Below are positions 10,240 through 20,321 of a stretch of 62,949 nucleotides of DNA, one piece after another. The position numbers and the translations under genes are program-made. Under the pieces are notes generated by a model, which saw nothing but the letters and a program-made list of their open reading frames with translations, searched no databases and was not told the DNA's origin. Source of the stretch: an uncultured Anaerotruncus sp. (GTDB lineage Bacteria; Bacillota; Clostridia; Oscillospirales; Ruminococcaceae); NCBI GenBank assembly GCA_910586875.1, contig CAJUJI010000001.1, positions 1-62,949 on the forward strand. The letters run 5' to 3'. Numbering within the stretch: the stretch's first letter is position 1; the number at the start of each line of letters is the position of its first letter.

Positions 10240-10617
10240 CTACGAATCCTTCTTGTTCTTTCGCGTAATCCCCCAACCCTTTTCCACCGTATCCCGCAGG
10301 ATGGTGGAAAAGTGCAGGGCGTTTTCCTCTTTGCCGGCTTCCTGTGCAAAAAGCGTTGCGTCCAGCTCCTCCAGCTTTTCGATGTGATGTGCAGTAACGC
10401 CCAACAGCAGCACCCTGCCGGCCGTCCTAATCAACAGCAACGACCGATCCGGCCCCAGCATTACACGGTCTAGCACCTCCACCTTGCTGCTGCCGCACTG
10501 TATAACCGACATCCGCCCGCTTAGGTAACGGGTACAGAAATACGCGAGCAGCAGCACGAGGAAGAACATCCCCAGCATCCCTGCCACCGATGCAATGCTT
10601 TTCACCTGTTCTGGCAA
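10240..10617 (-). CDS. fliO: flagellar protein FliO/FliZ
   Basis: one TM then VEVLDRVMLGPDRSLLLI...LLLGVT; immediately upstream of fliP. Confidence 0.85.
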   Translation of the reverse strand: MPEQVKSIASVAGMLGMFFLVLLLAYFCTRYLSGRMSVIQCGSSKVEVLDRVMLGPDRSLLLIRTAGRVLLLGVTAHHIEKLEELDATLFAQEAGKEENALHFSTILRDTVEKGWGITRKNKKDS

Positions 10618-10640
10618 TTACAGCGCCATCCTTTCCGGCA

Positions 10641-11003
10641 TTAACCGAGAATTTTTGAAACGGTCTGCAAAATACGGTCTGGCTTAAACGGCTTGACGAT
10701 GAAGTCGATTGCACCCAGCTGGATTGCCTGTACAACCATCGCTTCCTGGCCCATTGCAGAGCACATAACAACCTTAGCCGCCGGATCGTTTGCTTTGATC
10801 TCCTGCAACGCCTCGATTCCATCCTTGTTCGGCATTGTAATATCCATGATGACCAATTCCGGATGCTCCTTCGCATAGGTATCAACCGCCTGCTGTCCAT
10901 CTCCAGCTTCGATCAGGTTGGTATAGCCAGCCTTTGTCAGTGTGTTCTTAATGGTCATCCGCATAAATGCGGCGTCGTCTACAAGCATAATCTTCTTGTC
11001 CAT
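10641..11003 (-). CDS. cheY: chemotaxis response regulator CheY
   Basis: stand-alone receiver: VDDAAFMR, MDITMP, SAMGQ, FIVKPF. Confidence 0.95.
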   Translation of the reverse strand: MDKKIMLVDDAAFMRMTIKNTLTKAGYTNLIEAGDGQQAVDTYAKEHPELVIMDITMPNKDGIEALQEIKANDPAAKVVMCSAMGQEAMVVQAIQLGAIDFIVKPFKPDRILQTVSKILG

Positions 11004-11069
11004 GCAAAATTCTCCTTTAATTTATGTTGTTTGACTAGTATCTATGCAAGCTTTTGGCATTTATGCCAA

Positions 11070-12416
11070 TTAGCCCATATTCTCCTTCAGGCTCTCAAGC
11101 AGCTCTTTTGTACCGACAATCTCGGTGATACGCACACCGAAGTTATCATCGATTACCACCACGTCACCGCGGGCGAGCAATCTGCCATTCACCACAATAT
11201 CTACCGGAGCACCCGCCTGCTTGTTCAGCTCGATAACGGTACCCTGTCCAAAATCAAGGATATCCTTAATTTTGCGTTTTGCCTGCCCAATTTCTACCGT
11301 CACATCCAACGAAACGCCCATCAATAAATCCATATTTGCACCGGTTGCAGGGCTATCGGTCTGCTGCATAGTGAATTGTGGGAACTGGGTATTCTGTACA
11401 TTAACCTGTGGGCGCGGTGCAGCTGCCTGCTGCTCTGGCGGCACCCCATATCCCGGGTAAGGCGGCATCGGATAATAGCCATAGGGCGGGTACCCATACG
11501 GCGGCATCTGTCCATAGGGCGGATACCCTCCTGCCATCTCGCCACCCTGGGGCGGCTGTGGATAGCCCGCAGGCGGTGGTGCCATTCCCGGCACTCCTGG
11601 CTGTGGTGGCATCTGCTGTGGCTGCTGCGGCTGTTGTGGTGCCGCAGGCGCGGGGGCTGGCGCAGGAGCAGGTGTGGCCGCTGGGGTAGGCGCCGGCGCG
11701 GCAGGAGCAGGGGTCGGCGCTGGCGCAGGGGCTGGTGCGGGCATCGGCTCAGGCACCGTCTCGATGCTGCTGATCTCCTCCTCTTGCTGTCCCATCACCT
11801 GGTTGACCATATCGCGCACCAGTTCACAGGTCATGATGCTCACAAAGTCACTATCCATCACGCCGTCAATGACAATATGGAAGGAAACCGCAACAATTTC
11901 GTCGCCTTCCTGCACACCGACTGCTTCGCGGTAGCTACCCTCAGAATCAACCACCGACGCCACCGGCGTGGAGATATTGACCACCCTGTTTAAAAATTGA
12001 GAGAGAGCCGTAGCTGCCGCGCCCATCATCTGGTTCATAACCTCACAGGCGGCACTCATGCTCAGCTCGTCAAAAACAAAGTCGTCGCTCGGCTCCTCAT
12101 CGTTGCCCATCAGCAGGTTTAGGATAATCTGCATATCCCGCTGACGGAAAATCATCACATTATTGCCGGAAATTCCCTCTACATATTGGATCTTGACCAG
12201 CACAGCCGGTTCCATCATACTGTAATCCAGACTATGGAACTGTCGCAGCGTCACGGTCGGGGTCGAGATGATCACCTGGCGGTCCAGCAGGCTGGAAATT
12301 GCCGTTGCAGAGGAACCCATGCTGATATTCAGGATCTCGCCAATGGTATCAATTTCCAGGCTGCTCAACAAGCTTTCCGACTCTTGGGCCTCCTTCTGAA
12401 CCATTTCTTCACTCAT
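11070..12416 (-). CDS. fliY: C-ring protein FliY (CheC-like domain + FliN domain)
   Basis: [14 protein letters not shown] and CEVMNQMMG; C-terminal [19 protein letters not shown]; long Pro-rich linker. Confidence 0.93.
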   Translation of the reverse strand: MSEEMVQKEAQESESLLSSLEIDTIGEILNISMGSSATAISSLLDRQVIISTPTVTLRQFHSLDYSMMEPAVLVKIQYVEGISGNNVMIFRQRDMQIILNLLMGNDEEPSDDFVFDELSMSAACEVMNQMMGAAATALSQFLNRVVNISTPVASVVDSEGSYREAVGVQEGDEIVAVSFHIVIDGVMDSDFVSIMTCELVRDMVNQVMGQQEEEISSIETVPEPMPAPAPAPAPTPAPAAPAPTPAATPAPAPAPAPAAPQQPQQPQQMPPQPGVPGMAPPPAGYPQPPQGGEMAGGYPPYGQMPPYGYPPYGYYPMPPYPGYGVPPEQQAAAPRPQVNVQNTQFPQFTMQQTDSPATGANMDLLMGVSLDVTVEIGQAKRKIKDILDFGQGTVIELNKQAGAPVDIVVNGRLLARGDVVVIDDNFGVRITEIVGTKELLESLKENMG

Positions 12417-12436
12417 GTATTTCCCTCATTTCCCGA

Positions 12437-13414
12437 TTACTCGATAACTTTATTCAGCTTGATCGCTTTTTTCTTTTTCACCTCGCCCAGCTTTGCGCTG
12501 AACCAGGGGAGCCCATCCAACATAACGCTGACATCCTCATGAATGCCTTTTGTTAAGGGAATAATATCCTCCGGCTGAAGCTGAAGAATGTCCTTCAGGT
12601 CCATTTGAAAGGTGTCAAAAATCGCGTTAATTTTCAGATCGGTGTCACAAACCGTCTGCAAAATCAGCTCCTTGCGCGCCTGCTCCTTATCTGGATCAAA
12701 GCGCTTGTTGCCGCGCGTGTAACGGACGCTGAATTTGTCAATCACTTCCTCCAGATTTTCCGCGGGGATACAAATACTCATAGTACTTGCCAGCGGCCCA
12801 ATCTTGATGTCCATGATAACAATTACCACAACATCCTCTGGCGCAAACACCTGCAACAGCCGTGAGTTGGTTTCGATGCTGGTCAGCTCGGACTCCAGCT
12901 CCAGGTAGTTGTTCCAGGTATCGCCGAGCTTCTCAATAATCTTGCCAATTACATTATGCAGGATTGCAAGCTCAATTTCGGTATAATCACGGGTGAGGTT
13001 ATAGGTCTCCCCCGAACCGCCCAGCAGCCGGTCTATCAGATAAAAGCCCAGAGAGGTGGAGAAATCCACCATCAGCGTCGCTTCGCTGTAATCTCCTTTG
13101 GGGCGAAAGCTGGTCATTCCAATCAGCGCATTGTCCGGCAGCGCATTATTATACTCAAAGTATCGCTGCTCCTCGATCTGCACCACCTGCACCTCACAGG
13201 AGGTACGCAACATCCCGGAAAGGTACGGCGCAAGCACCCGCGAAAAGGTTTCATGCAGACCATCCAAAGTTTTCAGCTGTTCTTTGGTAAACTTTTTCGG
13301 GGATTTAAAGTCATATTCCTTGGCCTTTGGGGTATCGTCCTCAACGGCAACGCTGCCGCTGCTCATTTTTTGGAGTAGCGCATCTATTTGGCTTTGTGAT
13401 AATTGCTCTGCCAT
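12437..13414 (-). CDS. fliM: C-ring protein FliM
   Basis: N-terminal LSQSQIDALL CheY-binding peptide; YDFKSPKKF; ETN motif. Confidence 0.95.
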   Translation of the reverse strand: MAEQLSQSQIDALLQKMSSGSVAVEDDTPKAKEYDFKSPKKFTKEQLKTLDGLHETFSRVLAPYLSGMLRTSCEVQVVQIEEQRYFEYNNALPDNALIGMTSFRPKGDYSEATLMVDFSTSLGFYLIDRLLGGSGETYNLTRDYTEIELAILHNVIGKIIEKLGDTWNNYLELESELTSIETNSRLLQVFAPEDVVVIVIMDIKIGPLASTMSICIPAENLEEVIDKFSVRYTRGNKRFDPDKEQARKELILQTVCDTDLKINAIFDTFQMDLKDILQLQPEDIIPLTKGIHEDVSVMLDGLPWFSAKLGEVKKKKAIKLNKVIE

Positions 13415-13433
13415 CTTAAATCAGCTCCTCCTC

Positions 13434-14471
13434 TTAACCTTCTGCATCGCTGCCCTCGGGCGCTGGGGGCTCCGTCTGCGTATCTGGCGCAGCGGACTGT
13501 GCGCCCTCATCTGGGGTCTGTGGCGCAGCAGGCGGCTGTGCATCCGGCGCACTCGACACAGCAGATTGTGCATCCTGATTCTCCAAAGCCGCTGCATCGT
13601 CCGCCGGCTCGCCGCCATTCGGCTCGGTTAGTGTATCAATCGAGCCACTATTTGGAAATTGCGATGGATCGAACAGCTCAAAAAATTCCTTGAGCGCCGC
13701 ACCGTCAGAAGTATCCGCCAGAACATTATTGTTGCTTACAATCACCATGTCTACACGGCGATTCTGCTCGCGTCCTTCAATCGTGTTGTTGTCAGCAATC
13801 GGATAGTTTTTGCCGTAACCAATCGGGCGCAGCTTGGTTGGTGCAAAGCCGCTCTTTTCTTCCAGATAAATTGCGATATTACCTGCGCGCTCGCTCGAAA
13901 GCAGCCAGTCAGACACCTGGTAATACTGCCCATTCGGCACCGCCGCAGTATGGCCGTTAATCATAACCACCATAATTTCACTTTCCACCGCATTTAAGCA
14001 CTCGCCAACAAAGTCGAGCAGCTCATGTGCCTCTGCGCGGACAGTCGAGCTATCCGGCATAAAGAAGATGTTGTTTTGGAAGCGGATATTCACTGTATTT
14101 TCGCCGCTTTTAGAAACCTCTACCGAATCGCTCATCTCGTGGGATTCCGCATAGCTTTTTAAATACTCGTACAGCTCATTAAAACTGGCGGGCATCTGCT
14201 TGTCGGTCATCTCCAACGTTTCTCCCACCGGTGTTGTATCACCCATCGCATTCGCGAGCTCATCGCCCTTATCGTTTGCGTTGATGACCACCTGTGCTGT
14301 ATCATCGCCTGGGTTGGAAAGCGCTTTAACCAAATACTCCCACTTCTCCGCATCGACCGACGACATGCTGAACAGCAGCACAAAGAAGGTCATGAGCAGT
14401 GTTACAAGGTCGGAGTAGGTATTCATCCAAGCGCCGGTATTGACTTCTTCCTGCTGTTTGCGTTTCGCCAT
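13434..14471 (-). CDS. motB: stator subunit MotB (OmpA-like PG-binding domain)
   Basis: WMNTYSDLVTLLMTFFVLLF TM with conserved Asp; GHT, LSSERA, NRRVD. Confidence 0.93.
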   Translation of the reverse strand: MAKRKQQEEVNTGAWMNTYSDLVTLLMTFFVLLFSMSSVDAEKWEYLVKALSNPGDDTAQVVINANDKGDELANAMGDTTPVGETLEMTDKQMPASFNELYEYLKSYAESHEMSDSVEVSKSGENTVNIRFQNNIFFMPDSSTVRAEAHELLDFVGECLNAVESEIMVVMINGHTAAVPNGQYYQVSDWLLSSERAGNIAIYLEEKSGFAPTKLRPIGYGKNYPIADNNTIEGREQNRRVDMVIVSNNNVLADTSDGAALKEFFELFDPSQFPNSGSIDTLTEPNGGEPADDAAALENQDAQSAVSSAPDAQPPAAPQTPDEGAQSAAPDTQTEPPAPEGSDAEG

Positions 14472-14492
14472 GATTCTCCCCCGCTTTCCATG

Positions 14493-15305
14493 TTATTTGT
14501 CGCCTTCGGCGGGAGCGCCCGGCAGCCCCTTCTTCATCAGGTAGCCCGGAACCAACTGCATCAGCTTTTCCTGGATAAACTTCGGGTTATCGCCGGCCTG
14601 TATCGCCTGCACCCCTTCTGCAATCAGCATCTTACACAGATACTCCTCATTATGCCGTATTTTCAGTTTGGTAGAAATCGGCGTATAAATCGCGTTGGCC
14701 AAAATACTGCCATAGAAGGTGGTAACCAACGCCAGCGCCATTGCCGGTGCGATTGCATCCGGGTCGGAAAGCTGTTTTAACAGGTTAACAAGTCCCATCA
14801 GCGTACCGATCATACCATACGCCGGGCCATACGCCGCGCCCTGGTCATAAAATGCACGGTCCTGTGCGTGGCGCTCGTCCAGATAATCCAGCTCGGTTTC
14901 GAGCAGCGTTTTTACCTTTTCAGGGTCGACCGCGTCCACCACCAGCATCATACTGCTTTTCAGGAACGGGTCCTTGGTCTCCTCCAGCTTCGCCTCCAAC
15001 GAAAGCAAGCCGTTGATACGCGCCTCGGTCGCCAGCTCGACCATCTGTGCAATATACTCCGCCGGCTTATATTTAGTCGGGAAAAAGATAATTTTCAGAT
15101 GCTTCGGAATTTTCAGAAAAACGTTGCCTGGGTTTGAGACCATCAGCGCCGCGTTTACGCCGCCGATAACAATGAGCAAACTGGGAACATCAAAAAAGTT
15201 CTTCAGATTTGTCCAAATAATGCCCATCGGGTCCGCGTTGAAGGTGATGCCGAACAGCATCATTATTACAATTAAAATCCAGCCTAATAGCGACATTAAA
15301 TCCAT
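14493..15305 (-). CDS. motA: stator subunit MotA
   Basis: ARINGLLSLE, GPAYGMIGTLMGL, ALVTTFYG. Confidence 0.95.
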   Translation of the reverse strand: MDLMSLLGWILIVIMMLFGITFNADPMGIIWTNLKNFFDVPSLLIVIGGVNAALMVSNPGNVFLKIPKHLKIIFFPTKYKPAEYIAQMVELATEARINGLLSLEAKLEETKDPFLKSSMMLVVDAVDPEKVKTLLETELDYLDERHAQDRAFYDQGAAYGPAYGMIGTLMGLVNLLKQLSDPDAIAPAMALALVTTFYGSILANAIYTPISTKLKIRHNEEYLCKMLIAEGVQAIQAGDNPKFIQEKLMQLVPGYLMKKGLPGAPAEGDK

Positions 15306-15343
15306 ATGCTTACCTCATCCTCTACAACAGGTACTATTGTGTT

Positions 15344-15550
15344 TTATCGATCGTCCGCCTCGTCGTACTCCCGGTAGAGTCTGCGACGAAATGCAACGAT
15401 CTTTTCGATAATCTCTGGCAGCTTTTCACGTACAATATGTAGACTGCCATTGCTCATAAGAATGGTAGTATCTGGATTTTCCGTCATTGTCTCGATCAGG
15501 TCACTATTCAGGGCAAACCGTTCGCCCCGCAGCTTGGTTAAAATAATCAT
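15344..15550 (-). CDS. flbD: FlbD family flagellar protein
   Basis: MIILTKLRGERFALNSDLIE...PDTTI; position between flgE and motA. Confidence 0.88.
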   Translation of the reverse strand: MIILTKLRGERFALNSDLIETMTENPDTTILMSNGSLHIVREKLPEIIEKIVAFRRRLYREYDEADDR

Positions 15551-15595
15551 GGCCCATTCCCCTTTCTATCTGTCCTGTCTGAATCGATAGTTTAC

Positions 15596-15669
15596 GCAGG
15601 TAAACAGGCATAGCAACTCTCTCTATGCCTGCTTACCTGCGGCGGCGACCGCCGCCATCGGTCGCCGCG
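15596..15669 (-). terminator. two tandem hairpins after flgE (terminator or mRNA stabiliser)
   Basis: GCAGGTAAACAGGCATAG/CTATGCCTGCTTACCTGC and GCGGCGACCG/CGGTCGCCGC inverted repeats; no clean U-tract. Confidence 0.5.
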
Positions 15670-15675
15670 CTGCTG

Positions 15676-17355
15676 TTAACGCTTGAGGTTGATAAGCTCC
15701 TCAAGCATGGTGTCCGAAACGGTAATGATACGCCCGTTGGCCTGGAAGCCGCGCTGGGTGGTAATCATGTCGGTAAATTCCTGCGACAGGTCCACGTTGG
15801 ACGTTTCCAGCGCACTGTTTTTGAGCGCGCCGGTGCCATCCTCACCAGGTACCGCGTAGGAAGGCTTGCCGGAGTTCTCGGTCTCGGCAAAGTAGCTGTT
15901 ACCGCTGGCCTGAAGGCCCTTTGCGTTATCGAAGTTCGCAAGGTCGATACGGCCGATGGTCAGCTTACCGGAAGCGTGGCTCGCGGTGATGACACCGTTT
16001 GCGCCAATCGCAATACCGGTCAGGTTCATGATGGTCTGCGGGCCGCCCTCGGTGCCGCCTGCCAGCAGGAACGACTTGCTGCTCAGCCCCAGATTGCCGG
16101 ACGGCTTCTGCGGGGATGCTGCGCCTAGATGAAACGCTGTTGTAAAATTAGTATTGATGCCTGTAACATTACCATCATTATCCTTATCTAGTGCAGTAGA
16201 TGGTATCCGCAACGTAATTGTATTATTTGTATCAGTTCCACCTGTTTTGGTTAACAATACACCTGCACTGCCAGTCAATTGAGCTGCTGATAAATTATCA
16301 ACCTCCCATGTACCGTTTGCACCTGTTGCCGTTACCTTATAAGTTCCCTGGGTTGTTCCAGCAGCAACGACCAATGTCATATCTCCACTTCCATCAAACG
16401 AGCTTCCAACTGACCGATATACAACACCTAGGTCCTTTGCATTCACAGCGCCCGCCGTAGCTGGTGCTGTTAGCTCAATTTTACCGCCAGTCGGACCATT
16501 ATCAGGATTGATAATCTGTGAGCCTGTTAGTACACCCTCATATGCACCGCCATCACCGGCTGCTCCAAGCACCGGAGCAGGGTCCATCACAATGCTGAAT
16601 TCGCCGCCCGGATGTGGGGTACCACCATTTGCCTCTGTAATCTTCTGGTTCACCAGCCCAACAAAAGCATCAAAGGAAGTAAACTCCGCAAGCGGATTGA
16701 CCTTCACGCTGATGTTGGTGCCATCCATAATGACATTCAAATCCTGTCCGGCAGGCATTTCGGTATCCAGCGAGAAGTTAAACTGCACATTGCCTGCGCT
16801 GCTGTTATTGGTCGCAGAAATGGTTACATCGCGGTCATTGATTGTCTCGGTCTTTGTGCCGGCCGCCGGAGTCAGTGGGTCAATTTTGAACTGAATTTTC
16901 TCCTTGCTCGGCGCCTTGCCGACGACGCTCGGCCCCTGGGTGCCCAGCACGAAATAGCCGTTGCTGTCCAGCAGGTAGCCGGTAGTCGGGTCGACGTCCA
17001 GCATACCAGCCTTGGTGTAGAAGATGTTGCCATCGTTGTCCATAACCTGCAAAAAGCCCTCGCCGGTAATACAGACGTCCAGCGGGTTGCCGGTTGGCGT
17101 CATGGAGGACTGGGTCATCAGCAGGTCTACGCTGGAAATATTTGCGCCGTAACCGATTGCAGAGGGGTTCACACCGCCTCGTGTAACCGTACCAGCGGAA
17201 GCGTTGCGGATGTTCTGGTAATACATATCGCGGAAGGTCGCACGGCTGGATTTAAAGCCGTAGGTGTTGACGTTCGCGATGTTGTTACCGATTACGTCCA
17301 TACGCTGTTGGTGTGCTCTCATACCGGCCACGCCGGAAAACATGGATCTAACCAT
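15676..17355 (-). CDS. flgE: flagellar hook protein FlgE
   Basis: start at MVRSMFSGVAG after AAGGAG RBS; GNNIANVNTYGFK; ETSNVDLSQEFTDMITTQRGFQAN. Confidence 0.95.
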   Translation of the reverse strand: MVRSMFSGVAGMRAHQQRMDVIGNNIANVNTYGFKSSRATFRDMYYQNIRNASAGTVTRGGVNPSAIGYGANISSVDLLMTQSSMTPTGNPLDVCITGEGFLQVMDNDGNIFYTKAGMLDVDPTTGYLLDSNGYFVLGTQGPSVVGKAPSKEKIQFKIDPLTPAAGTKTETINDRDVTISATNNSSAGNVQFNFSLDTEMPAGQDLNVIMDGTNISVKVNPLAEFTSFDAFVGLVNQKITEANGGTPHPGGEFSIVMDPAPVLGAAGDGGAYEGVLTGSQIINPDNGPTGGKIELTAPATAGAVNAKDLGVVYRSVGSSFDGSGDMTLVVAAGTTQGTYKVTATGANGTWEVDNLSAAQLTGSAGVLLTKTGGTDTNNTITLRIPSTALDKDNDGNVTGINTNFTTAFHLGAASPQKPSGNLGLSSKSFLLAGGTEGGPQTIMNLTGIAIGANGVITASHASGKLTIGRIDLANFDNAKGLQASGNSYFAETENSGKPSYAVPGEDGTGALKNSALETSNVDLSQEFTDMITTQRGFQANGRIITVSDTMLEELINLKR

Positions 17356-17376
17356 ATGAAAATAATCTCCTTCTAA

Positions 17377-17436
17377 GCTGGAACCGCGGGGCTTCTCGGT
17401 CGATCGAAGCCCCATTGACCTCCGTTAAGGTCCAGT
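17377..17436 (-). promoter_or_regulatory. structured cis element in the flgE leader
   Basis: CTGGA...TCCAG closing stem enclosing CCT-TAACGG-AGG and GGGGCTTC-10nt-GAAGCCCC hairpins, directly before the RBS. Confidence 0.5.
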
Positions 17437-17828
17437 CAAACAATTACGGTTCCGTTAATATTGGTGATTGCGTTTCCTTTCAGCTCCGCGCCGCCCAGTG
17501 TGGTGATAACCTTGCTGTTTTTGACGCTCACAATAAACGCGGTGCTGTCCACAAGAATTAACGTGTTATCCAATCCCTTTTCCCGAGCAATCCGCACCCC
17601 TTCACTAAGCCGCTCCAGGCTGCTGCTGTTCAGGTCAATACCGCGTTCCTGCACACGTGCCGCCGCATGGCCCGAAAAGGAAAGTGTGCCTGTTTTCGCA
17701 ACCTGCTCATCCAATACCTGGCGAAAGGTTGCCTTGCCGGTTTTCGGGGCGGAGTTCGGTTGGGCGGCTGTGGGATTACCTGTGACAATCGGTAAATTCA
17801 GCCTGCTTTGCAATAATAGATTGTCCAC
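17436..17828 (-). CDS. conserved flagellar operon protein (between flgD and flgE)
   Basis: FSGHAAARVQERGI, AFIVSVKNSKVIT, ITNINGTVIV: Firmicute flagellar operon family. Confidence 0.85.
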   Translation of the reverse strand: MDNLLLQSRLNLPIVTGNPTAAQPNSAPKTGKATFRQVLDEQVAKTGTLSFSGHAAARVQERGIDLNSSSLERLSEGVRIAREKGLDNTLILVDSTAFIVSVKNSKVITTLGGAELKGNAITNINGTVIV

Positions 17829-17863
17829 AACTCCCGCTCCCTTCTGTCTAAATTCTCGCCGGT

Positions 17864-18607
17864 TTACAGGAGCGTGTCATCCGGCTCCACACCGGTTACA
17901 TTGTTCAGTGAATACCACACATCGTCAATCATCAACTGATATTTGCCGTTTGTGGTGGAAATTTTCTGCACGACCCCTTCGATGGTATCGCTGCTGCCTG
18001 CGCTATCGGAATCCAGTCCCGGCTGTACAACCGTCACCTTTTTACCAATCAGCGAAACGAGGTAAGCAGCCTTCTGCGGGTCGGGCGTGCTGGTCGTGTT
18101 GCCATTGCTGGCACTGCCATTCGAACTGCTGGTGCCTGGGGTATTCAGCTCCATAATTTCAGAGAGCTTGAACTTCTGTCCATTGACCGTGACCTCGTAG
18201 GAATCCTCCACCAGCGAAATTTTCGTGATGATGCCGGTCTCCTTGGTCAGCGAGCCGTTGACATTAAACTTTGCGGCGGTAACATTCTGTCCCACCAGCG
18301 AAAGCGCATAGTTGCTCTTCATGTTGGAGGCCATCTCCTGCATTTGGGACATGGTTGCAAACTGAGCGAGCTGGGTAACATACTGTGTGTCATCCACCGG
18401 ATTCATAAAGTCCTGGTTACGCAGCTGTGCGACCATCAGCGTTAGGAAATCGTCCGCCGTAACCAGCTGTTTGTCTTCATCCTCAAAGGTTGCGTTCCAG
18501 GTCGTTTGGGTCGGGTCCACATCGCTGCTGCCGTAGCGCGCGTAATCCTTGAGATAATCGCGGTAGGCATTTCCACTGCTTGCCGCACCGGAAATTGCAT
18601 CTGCCAT
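17864..18607 (-). CDS. flgD: hook-capping protein FlgD
   Basis: FLTLMVAQLRNQDFMNPVDDTQYVTQLAQF; the SLVG/SLIG beta module appears twice. Confidence 0.92.
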   Translation of the reverse strand: MADAISGAASSGNAYRDYLKDYARYGSSDVDPTQTTWNATFEDEDKQLVTADDFLTLMVAQLRNQDFMNPVDDTQYVTQLAQFATMSQMQEMASNMKSNYALSLVGQNVTAAKFNVNGSLTKETGIITKISLVEDSYEVTVNGQKFKLSEIMELNTPGTSSSNGSASNGNTTSTPDPQKAAYLVSLIGKKVTVVQPGLDSDSAGSSDTIEGVVQKISTTNGKYQLMIDDVWYSLNNVTGVEPDDTLL

Positions 18608-18625
18608 CCTTCCATCTCCTTTCAG

Positions 18626-19723
18626 TTAAATGTAGGTGTCCAGCACATCATCCAAAACCTGCTGTTCCCAAACCGCGTCCTCAAAGCTGCCGCTCTGCCG
18701 GTCGTCCGCATGGGAATTGCTGTGCTGTTGTTGGTGCATCTGCTGTTGCTGGTGTAGATTCTGGTCGTTGAGCGCGTTTTGCTGTGCAGCCGTTTCTGCC
18801 GCCTGCGGCACCGTCACAACCTCCTGTACCTGCGCATTCAGCGGCCGCAGTGCATTTTGCAGCGAGGCTACCTCATTGGTGATCAGCCGTGCTGTGTCCG
18901 TACTGGAAGCAATGATGCTCAGTACGATGCCTTCTTTTCTTTCGAGCATCTTCACAGTGATTTCGCCCAAGCCCTCCGGCTGTAGCCGCACGACAAATTC
19001 GTTGTTGTGCCGTGACAGGTTGCTCAGGATACTGCTGCGCATCTGCTCTACCACATCGGCCGTGTCCACCTGCTGCGGAAGCTCCACCTGTTGGGTGCTC
19101 ACCACTGGTGCAAACCGCCCTGCATTCACATCCGCCTGCAATGCGTCGATATCCACGAGCTGCGGCTGTGTCTCCTCGCCGTCCATCTGCGCCTTTGCCT
19201 GTGCAACTGCGTTTTGGAATAGGTATTGCCCCTGCATCAGCTCTTGGCCGCTGGCGCCCTCATTCTGAACCGCCTGTGCCTGCCCGAGCAGCTGCTCAAA
19301 GGAAACCTCTGGCTGCGCACTTTGCTGTGTCTGCTGTGGTTGCTGATTCTGCTGCTGTACCGGAACGGCCATCTGCTGTTGCGGCGCCGCTGTAACATCC
19401 TGCACCGCCTCGCCGGTCATCTGCTCAAACAGCGCCTGCACCTGCGGATTACCGGAATAGAGCATTTCAGCCATCATCTGCATTGCCAGGTCGATGTTCT
19501 GCGGCTCGTCGTCCTCACCGGTGGACATTCCCAGCTGATCAAACAGCGTCTGTATCTCGCCCTCGCCCATGCCCATCATGAGCTGCTGGAAAATAACCGC
19601 GAAGATGTCGCCGCCTTCCATGCCACCGCCAAGCAGCCCCTGCAAACCGCGCAAGGTCATGCCATTTCCTGCCACACCAGCCATCTGGTTTAGCATCGCC
19701 GGAGAAATTGTCATCTGGTCCAT
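18626..19723 (-). CDS. fliK: hook-length control protein FliK
   Basis: Q-rich region; VRLQPEGLGEITVK T3S4 motif; between fliJ and flgD. Confidence 0.88.
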   Translation of the reverse strand: MDQMTISPAMLNQMAGVAGNGMTLRGLQGLLGGGMEGGDIFAVIFQQLMMGMGEGEIQTLFDQLGMSTGEDDEPQNIDLAMQMMAEMLYSGNPQVQALFEQMTGEAVQDVTAAPQQQMAVPVQQQNQQPQQTQQSAQPEVSFEQLLGQAQAVQNEGASGQELMQGQYLFQNAVAQAKAQMDGEETQPQLVDIDALQADVNAGRFAPVVSTQQVELPQQVDTADVVEQMRSSILSNLSRHNNEFVVRLQPEGLGEITVKMLERKEGIVLSIIASSTDTARLITNEVASLQNALRPLNAQVQEVVTVPQAAETAAQQNALNDQNLHQQQQMHQQQHSNSHADDRQSGSFEDAVWEQQVLDDVLDTYI

Positions 19724-19753
19724 TTCATTTCACCCCCTTTCAGTGTATTCGGC

Positions 19754-20212
19754 TTATATACATTCGCTCAGGCTTTCGCGGACCCGTTTAGAGGAGACAA
19801 ACTCCTCTATCAGCTCCTCCTCCGCCTTTGCGGCAGCCTTCCGGTAGTCCTCAAGCTGCCGGTCATGCAGCTTTTCCAGCTTGGTAACCTCCTTGCTGGC
19901 CTCTACCACCACGTCCATCTGTTTTTGTACCGCAGCCTCCGCCCGTTTGAGGTCGAAGCGCAGCTGTTTAAGCTGCTCGCGGATGTTGTTGCGCTGCGCA
20001 TCGAACGCGATCAGCCGAAACGCCGCAATGCCCTTCTGCTGCTCATGCGCCATCTGCGCGGAAATGTCCTGAAAGCTACGGCTAAGGTTGTCGATGTGTT
20101 CTTCAATCACATTGCGCTTATGCTGTACAATCGCAAGCGCATTTTTTTCGCCCTCCAGAATTTGGTTCTGGTAATCAAGCATTCTACTCAGGGTGAAGTG
20201 GAACTTTTTCAT
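19754..20212 (-). CDS. fliJ: flagellar export protein FliJ
   Basis: MKKFHFTLSRML, coiled coil, LEKL; follows fliI. Confidence 0.88.
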   Translation of the reverse strand: MKKFHFTLSRMLDYQNQILEGEKNALAIVQHKRNVIEEHIDNLSRSFQDISAQMAHEQQKGIAAFRLIAFDAQRNNIREQLKQLRFDLKRAEAAVQKQMDVVVEASKEVTKLEKLHDRQLEDYRKAAAKAEEELIEEFVSSKRVRESLSECI

Positions 20213-20321
20213 CTGCCTGTTTCCTCCAAATCCTGCGCCTTCTGCGCGATTTTGGGAGCCTTGCCCCTAAATCCCACGGCCTTTTTTCTCATGCGCCCTC
20301 GCGCAAGCCGCTACCAGCTGT

